Assembly: GCA_051985755.1 (NCBI GenBank)
Contig: JBPYDO010000380.1
Location: forward strand, 1 to 50,487
Reading direction: 5' to 3'
DNA: 50,487 nt
DNA from: Reyranella sp.
GTDB lineage: Bacteria > Pseudomonadota > Alphaproteobacteria > Reyranellales > Reyranellaceae
Part shown: positions 46,205 to 50,487 of the stretch, piece after piece
Layout of the letters: the number at the start of each line of letters is the position of its first letter
Numbering within the stretch: the first letter of the stretch is position 1
Made by a program: the position numbers and the translations under genes
The notes under the pieces: generated by a model
Database searches by the model: none
The model's input: the letters and a program-made list of their open reading frames with translations, nothing else
What the model was told of the DNA's origin: nothing

Positions 46205-46675
46205 GTGGAAATCGCCGATTTGCTGCCCGGCCCAGACGCGGTTCTGGCTTCGGTAAAGGCGTCTGGCAAGAAGGCTCTCTTGGCCGAGTTGGCCAGTCGA
46301 GCCGCCACAGTGTTCAAGCTCGATGAGCGCAAGTTGTTCGACCGCCTGCTCGAGCGCGAGCGCCTCGGCTCGACCGGGATCGGCAGCGGCATCGCCATCC
46401 CGCACGGCCGCCTGGGCCTGCTCGCCAAGCCGATCGGGCTGTTCGCCCGCTTGGCAGCGCCTGTCGATTTCGATTCGATCGACGAGCGCCCCGTGGATCT
46501 CGTGTTCCTTCTGGTCGCGCCGGAGGGTGCGGGCGCCGACCATCTCAAGGCGCTCGCGCGCGTCTCGCGCCTGCTGCGCGATCGGGCGCTGGTCGAGAAG
46601 CTGCGCGCGACCGACAGCGCCGACGCCCTCTTCGCTCTACTTGTTGAGACTGTGCCCGCGCAAAGCGCGGCGTGA
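46205..46675 (+). CDS. ptsN: PTS IIA-like nitrogen regulatory protein
   Basis: RERLGSTGIGSGIAIPH (phospho-His), PVDFDSID and GADHLKALARVSR. Confidence 0.95.
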   Translation: MEIADLLPGPDAVLASVKASGKKALLAELASRAATVFKLDERKLFDRLLERERLGSTGIGSGIAIPHGRLGLLAKPIGLFARLAAPVDFDSIDERPVDLVFLLVAPEGAGADHLKALARVSRLLRDRALVEKLRATDSADALFALLVETVPAQSAA

Positions 46676-46677
46676 GG

Positions 46678-46705
46678 TCTCCCTCCCCCGAGGAGGGGAG
46701 GGAGA
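46678..46705. repeat. Purine/pyrimidine-asymmetric hairpin between convergent genes (terminator or REP-like element)
   Basis: TCTCCCTCCCC-CGAGGA-GGGGAGGGAGA, 11-bp perfect stem. Confidence 0.6.
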
Positions 46706-46713
46706 ACCAGGGT

Positions 46714-46935
46714 TCAGTGAACCAGCGCCGGCTCGAGGTCGTGCTGGCGGATGAGCGCCTGCGCGATCTCGATAGACGGTGCAGCCGCCATCGGCTTGCC
46801 GTCGGCCGAGAAGATGCCGACCGCGTGCGCGCCGTCTGGCAGATTGACCGACTTGATGTAGGCGATCTGCTGAGCACCCAGGCTCAGGAAGGCGTCATCC
46901 GGCAGAGGGGTGAAGACCGTGTTGTTGTTTTCCAT
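46714..46935 (-). CDS. DUF1150-like small protein
   Basis: AAGGAGG RBS; LGAQQIAYIK, IFSADGKPMA and terminal LVH; typical position downstream of Hsp20. Confidence 0.8.
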   Translation of the reverse strand: MENNNTVFTPLPDDAFLSLGAQQIAYIKSVNLPDGAHAVGIFSADGKPMAAAPSIEIAQALIRQHDLEPALVH

Positions 46936-46970
46936 GGCTACCTCCTTGGCAGCGTCATCGCGCGGCGTGC

Positions 46971-47432
46971 TCATCTCACCCGCCGTGCGGTGATATCGAT
47001 AGTGTTGCTCGCTCCGGCCAATTCGTTGCCGGAGTCGATGCGAATGGTGCGAACCCGGGGCTCGGCGTGCGGCCGCACGAGTTCGATGGAGAGCAGGCCA
47101 TTGTCCAGCCGCGCGCCCGTGACCTCGATGCCGTCGGCCAACATGAAGGCGCGCTGGAATTGCCGGGCGGCGATGCCGCGATGGAGAAAGACGCGGTCCG
47201 AATCGTCACTCTGCTTGCCGCGGACCGTAAGCTGGTTCTCGGCCAGCTCGATATTGAGATCGTCGGCGGTGAAGCCCGCCACCGCGAGCGTGATACGCAG
47301 GCCGTTCTCGCCAATCTTCTCGATATTGTACGGGGGATAGCCTTCCGCGCTCTTGGCCAGACGGTCGAGTGTGCGCTCGAACTGGTCGAAACCGAGCAGC
47401 AAAGGCGAGTTGAACATCGACACTCTACTCAT
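46971..47432 (-). CDS. Small heat-shock protein (Hsp20/IbpA family)
   Basis: LLGFD, YPPYNIE, LAVAGF, FLHRGIAARQFQRAF and LDNGLLSI. Confidence 0.94.
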   Translation of the reverse strand: MSRVSMFNSPLLLGFDQFERTLDRLAKSAEGYPPYNIEKIGENGLRITLAVAGFTADDLNIELAENQLTVRGKQSDDSDRVFLHRGIAARQFQRAFMLADGIEVTGARLDNGLLSIELVRPHAEPRVRTIRIDSGNELAGASNTIDITARRVR

Positions 47433-47490
47433 ATGACCCTCCTCCGAGGAGCGAGCGGCCGGAAGCCCTTTTAGAGGCGCTCCCGTTCGA
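47430..47490 (-). promoter_or_regulatory. ROSE-type RNA thermometer in the Hsp20 5'-UTR
   Basis: Minus strand: hairpin CGGGAGC...GCUUCCG, then CUC(G)CUC-CUCG-GAGGAG. The UCGCU motif with a bulged G pairs with the SD. Confidence 0.75.
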
Positions 47491-47493
47491 TGA

Positions 47494-47521
47494 ATCTGGG
47501 GTCCCGGAAAGCCCAATCAAG
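47494..47521 (-). promoter_or_regulatory. Sigma32 (RpoH) promoter for Hsp20
   Basis: Minus strand CTTGAT-N14-CCCCAGAT, compared with the consensus CTTGAA-N13-17-CCCCATNT. Confidence 0.72.
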
Positions 47522-47676
47522 GGCCAACTAGTGACCATCAGAGGCTCTCCATAGATACGCAACGGGACGGCTTTTCAGCCCCAACCCATCCCCAGGGCCA
47601 TCGCCACGGCAAGCGGGCTCAGCTAGACTGTGACAAAGCCCCTCTCGCCCGGAACCCCGGGCCAAAGATCAACAGA

Positions 47677-49422
47677 ATGTCATTGGTCGCCTTCGAGACA
47701 TCCCGGGCCGGTGGGCCCCTCATGGCCGGTTCCCGCCCGATCCGCTCCACAGATCTACCTGCCGGGCTTTCGCAAAGGGTGGCCAAGCTGCGCCATTGGG
47801 TGCTCGGCTCATCCTCTTATGTACTGACCCTGGGCCATGGCACGCCGCGCAGCTTTTTCGCCGTGGCGCCCGATCAATGGCCGGGCAATGCCGCCGCGGG
47901 CCAGCGCCTGATGATCGGCGAGTTCATGGCCTACGGCGTTGCCGGCGCTGCCGCGCCGGGCAGCGACGACCCGCCCTGGCAACGCGCCGCCGCCAATCCG
48001 CTCTGGCTGGAGGCGCTCAATGGCTTTGGCTGGCTGCGCGATCTGCGCGACTGCGGCGATACGGGCGCAGCTGTCCTCGCCGTCGCCCTGGTCGACGACT
48101 GGATCGACCGCGAAGGGCGCGGCTCGTCGACCAGTTGGCAGCGCGACGTGCTGGCAAGCCGCGTTGTCGAATGGATACGTCACTTCGATTGGCTGGCCTC
48201 GGCCGCCGATGCGGGCTTTGCCGGGCGATACGTGCAGTCGCTCGGCCGCCAGCGGCTCCATCTCCGCCGCCTGTCGCATGGCGGGCTCAGCGGCCACGAG
48301 GGCGTCGCCGTCCTGAAGGCGATGATCTTCGCCGACCTCGCCTTCCTGCACGACGGCAAGCGCTACGAGAAGAGCCTCGAGCAGTCGCTCGGGCGGCTCG
48401 CGAAGTTCGTGAAGCGCTATGTGCTGCACGACGGCGTGGTCGCCGAGCGCGCGCCGCACCTGCAGGTCACGGTGTTGCGCCATCTCATCGACGTGCGCTC
48501 GGCCCTCGCTTCGGCCGATCTCCGCATGCCGGCCGAGATCGCCGCCGCCATTGAGCGGCTGGCGCCGATGCTGCGCTTCTTCCGCCACGGCGATGGCGGG
48601 CTGGCGCTGTTCAACGGCACCTGGGAAGGCGAGCGCGGCTTGATCGACCTGGTGCTGGCGCGCTCCGGCTCGGGCGAGGGCGCGCCGGCCATGGCGCTCG
48701 CCTCGGGTTTCCAGCGTATGTCCGCCGGCACGTCGGTGGTGATCGCCGACGCCGGCAGTCCGCCGGGCCGCGGCATGGACGGTCAGGCTCATGCCGGCAC
48801 GCTGTCGTTCGAGATGAGCGCTGCGCACGAGCGCCTGATCGTCAATTGCGGCATCTATCCCGGCGCGCCGCGCGACTGGCGGCACTTCATGCGCTTCACG
48901 GCGGCGCATTCGACGGCGGTGGTCGACGACACCAATTCCAGCGAGATCACCGATCACGGCGCGCTCGAGTATCGCGCCGGCAACGTGCTGGTCGACCGCG
49001 CCGAGGACCAGGGCGCGCAATGGCTCGACATGAGCCACGATGGCTATCGCTCGCTGTACGGCATGATCCACCGCCGCCGCTTGTGGCTGTCGCCCGACGG
49101 CGGCGACCTGCGCGGCGAGGACATCTTCACCGGCCCCGAGGGCAGGCCGGTCACGTCGCCCGATCGGCGCTTCATCGTTCGCTTTCATCTGCATCCGGCG
49201 GTGAAGGCGACCTTGGCGCAAAGCGGCCAGGCGGTACTGATGCGCCTGCCGAGCGGCCGCGGCTGGCGGCTGCGGGCGTCGGGCGCGGGCCTCGGCCTCG
49301 CCGAAAGCATCTATCTCGGCGAAGAGGGCCGTCAGCGCCGCACCGAGCAGATCGTGCTGGTCGGCCAGGTCCCCGCCGAAGGCGTCTCGGTGAAGTGGGC
49401 GCTGACCCGGATGGAAGGCTAA
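47677..49422 (+). CDS. Heparinase II/III-family protein (conserved alphaproteobacterial type)
   Basis: [49 protein letters not shown] and RFHLHP. Confidence 0.85.
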   Translation: MSLVAFETSRAGGPLMAGSRPIRSTDLPAGLSQRVAKLRHWVLGSSSYVLTLGHGTPRSFFAVAPDQWPGNAAAGQRLMIGEFMAYGVAGAAAPGSDDPPWQRAAANPLWLEALNGFGWLRDLRDCGDTGAAVLAVALVDDWIDREGRGSSTSWQRDVLASRVVEWIRHFDWLASAADAGFAGRYVQSLGRQRLHLRRLSHGGLSGHEGVAVLKAMIFADLAFLHDGKRYEKSLEQSLGRLAKFVKRYVLHDGVVAERAPHLQVTVLRHLIDVRSALASADLRMPAEIAAAIERLAPMLRFFRHGDGGLALFNGTWEGERGLIDLVLARSGSGEGAPAMALASGFQRMSAGTSVVIADAGSPPGRGMDGQAHAGTLSFEMSAAHERLIVNCGIYPGAPRDWRHFMRFTAAHSTAVVDDTNSSEITDHGALEYRAGNVLVDRAEDQGAQWLDMSHDGYRSLYGMIHRRRLWLSPDGGDLRGEDIFTGPEGRPVTSPDRRFIVRFHLHPAVKATLAQSGQAVLMRLPSGRGWRLRASGAGLGLAESIYLGEEGRQRRTEQIVLVGQVPAEGVSVKWALTRMEG

Positions 49423-50420
49423 GGCTTCAAGAAGCCCACGATCTTGTTGACCTCGGCCAGGTTCGGTGCCGCGAGAGCGCGGGCCCGTTCGGCGCCGTTG
49501 CGCAGCACGCCATCGACGTAGCCCGGGTCCTTCATCAACCGCTGCATCTCGGCGCCGACCGGCCCCAGCCTGGCGACGGCGAGCTCGGTGAGCGCGCCCT
49601 TGAACTCGGAGAACTGCTTGCCGGCGAACTCGGCCACCACCTCGCTCTTGTCGCGGTCGGCGAGCGCCGCGTAGATGCCCAGGAGATTGTCGGCGTCCGG
49701 CCGCTTTTCGGCGTCGGCGATGCTGGCCGGCATGGGATGCGGGTCGGTCTTGGCGCGGCGGATCTTCTGGGCGATGGCGTCGGAATCGTCGGTGAGGTTG
49801 ATGCGCGAAAAGTCGGACGGGTCCGACTTGCTCATCTTCTTGGTGCCGTCGCGCAGGCTCATGACGCGGGTCGCCGCGCCGAAGATCAGCGGTTCGGTCA
49901 GCGGGAAGAAGTCGGGCGCGCCGAAATCGTTGTTAAACTTCTGGGCGATGTCGCGCGTCAGTTCGAGGTGCTGTTTCTGGTCCTCGCCGACCGGCACGTG
50001 CGTCGCCTTGTAGATCAGGATGTCGGCCGCCATCAGGGCCGGATAGGCGTAGAGGCCGAGCGAGGCTGCCTCGCGGTCCTTGCCCGCCTTCTCCTTGAAC
50101 TGCGTCATGCGGTTCATCCAGCCGACCCGGGCCACGCAATTGAACACCCAGGCGAGCTCGACATGCGCCGAGACCATGCTCTGGTTGAAGATGATGCAGC
50201 GCTCGGGATCGATCCCGGCGGCGATGTAGGCGGCCGTAACCTCGCGCGTGGAGGCGCGCAATTCGGCGGGGTCCTGCGGTTGGGTCAGGGCATGCAGGTC
50301 GACGATGCAGAAGATGCACTCGTAATCGTGCTGCAGCGCGACCCAGTTGCGGATCGCTCCGAGATAATTGCCGAGATGCAGATTGCCGGTCGGCTGAATG
50401 CCGGAAAAGATGCGGTTCAT
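49419..50420 (-). CDS. trpS: Tryptophan--tRNA ligase
   Basis: [17 protein letters not shown] (HIGH), [18 protein letters not shown] and KMSKS. Confidence 0.97.
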   Translation of the reverse strand: MNRIFSGIQPTGNLHLGNYLGAIRNWVALQHDYECIFCIVDLHALTQPQDPAELRASTREVTAAYIAAGIDPERCIIFNQSMVSAHVELAWVFNCVARVGWMNRMTQFKEKAGKDREAASLGLYAYPALMAADILIYKATHVPVGEDQKQHLELTRDIAQKFNNDFGAPDFFPLTEPLIFGAATRVMSLRDGTKKMSKSDPSDFSRINLTDDSDAIAQKIRRAKTDPHPMPASIADAEKRPDADNLLGIYAALADRDKSEVVAEFAGKQFSEFKGALTELAVARLGPVGAEMQRLMKDPGYVDGVLRNGAERARALAAPNLAEVNKIVGFLKP

Positions 50421-50487
50421 CGGACCTCGAATGCGTGGCACTGGCCGCGCTGTTATCGCCAGTGGGAGGCTGCGGTCAAGCCGGTTG

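Overview
High-GC alphaproteobacterial chromosomal window. The taxon is inferred from gene order, codon style and promoter type; a Reyranella/Rhodospirillales-like organism is a guess. In order it contains: the 3' part of an MdtC-type RND efflux operon; dinB; a formate-oxidation block (frameshifted fdsD, NuoE/F-like beta subunit, molybdopterin alpha subunit, moeA, an OFA-family MFS and its 42-aa partner); a compact minus-strand NRPS cluster (ATP-grasp protein, FAD oxidoreductase, A-T didomain with a Leu code, P450, C-A-T-TE with a Gly code, Sfp-type PPTase); an internally deleted DegP/Do relic; a thioredoxin/CcdA pair; an orphan SBP; an orphan Rieske petA; a 1071-aa Tat-exported unknown protein coupled to an aldo/keto reductase; a cobamide nucleotide-loop cluster with an embedded methyltransferase; several housekeeping genes; tRNA-Leu(CAG); rnd-rpoN-ptsN without the usual kdsD-lptCAB and hpf, and with a sigma54 promoter in front of rpoN; a ROSE/sigma32-controlled Hsp20; a heparinase II/III-family gene; and trpS. 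The NRPS/P450/ATP-grasp cluster is the best candidate for an undescribed system. I found no CRISPR array, IS element, integrase or rRNA. All calls come from reading motifs by eye; no database searches were run.
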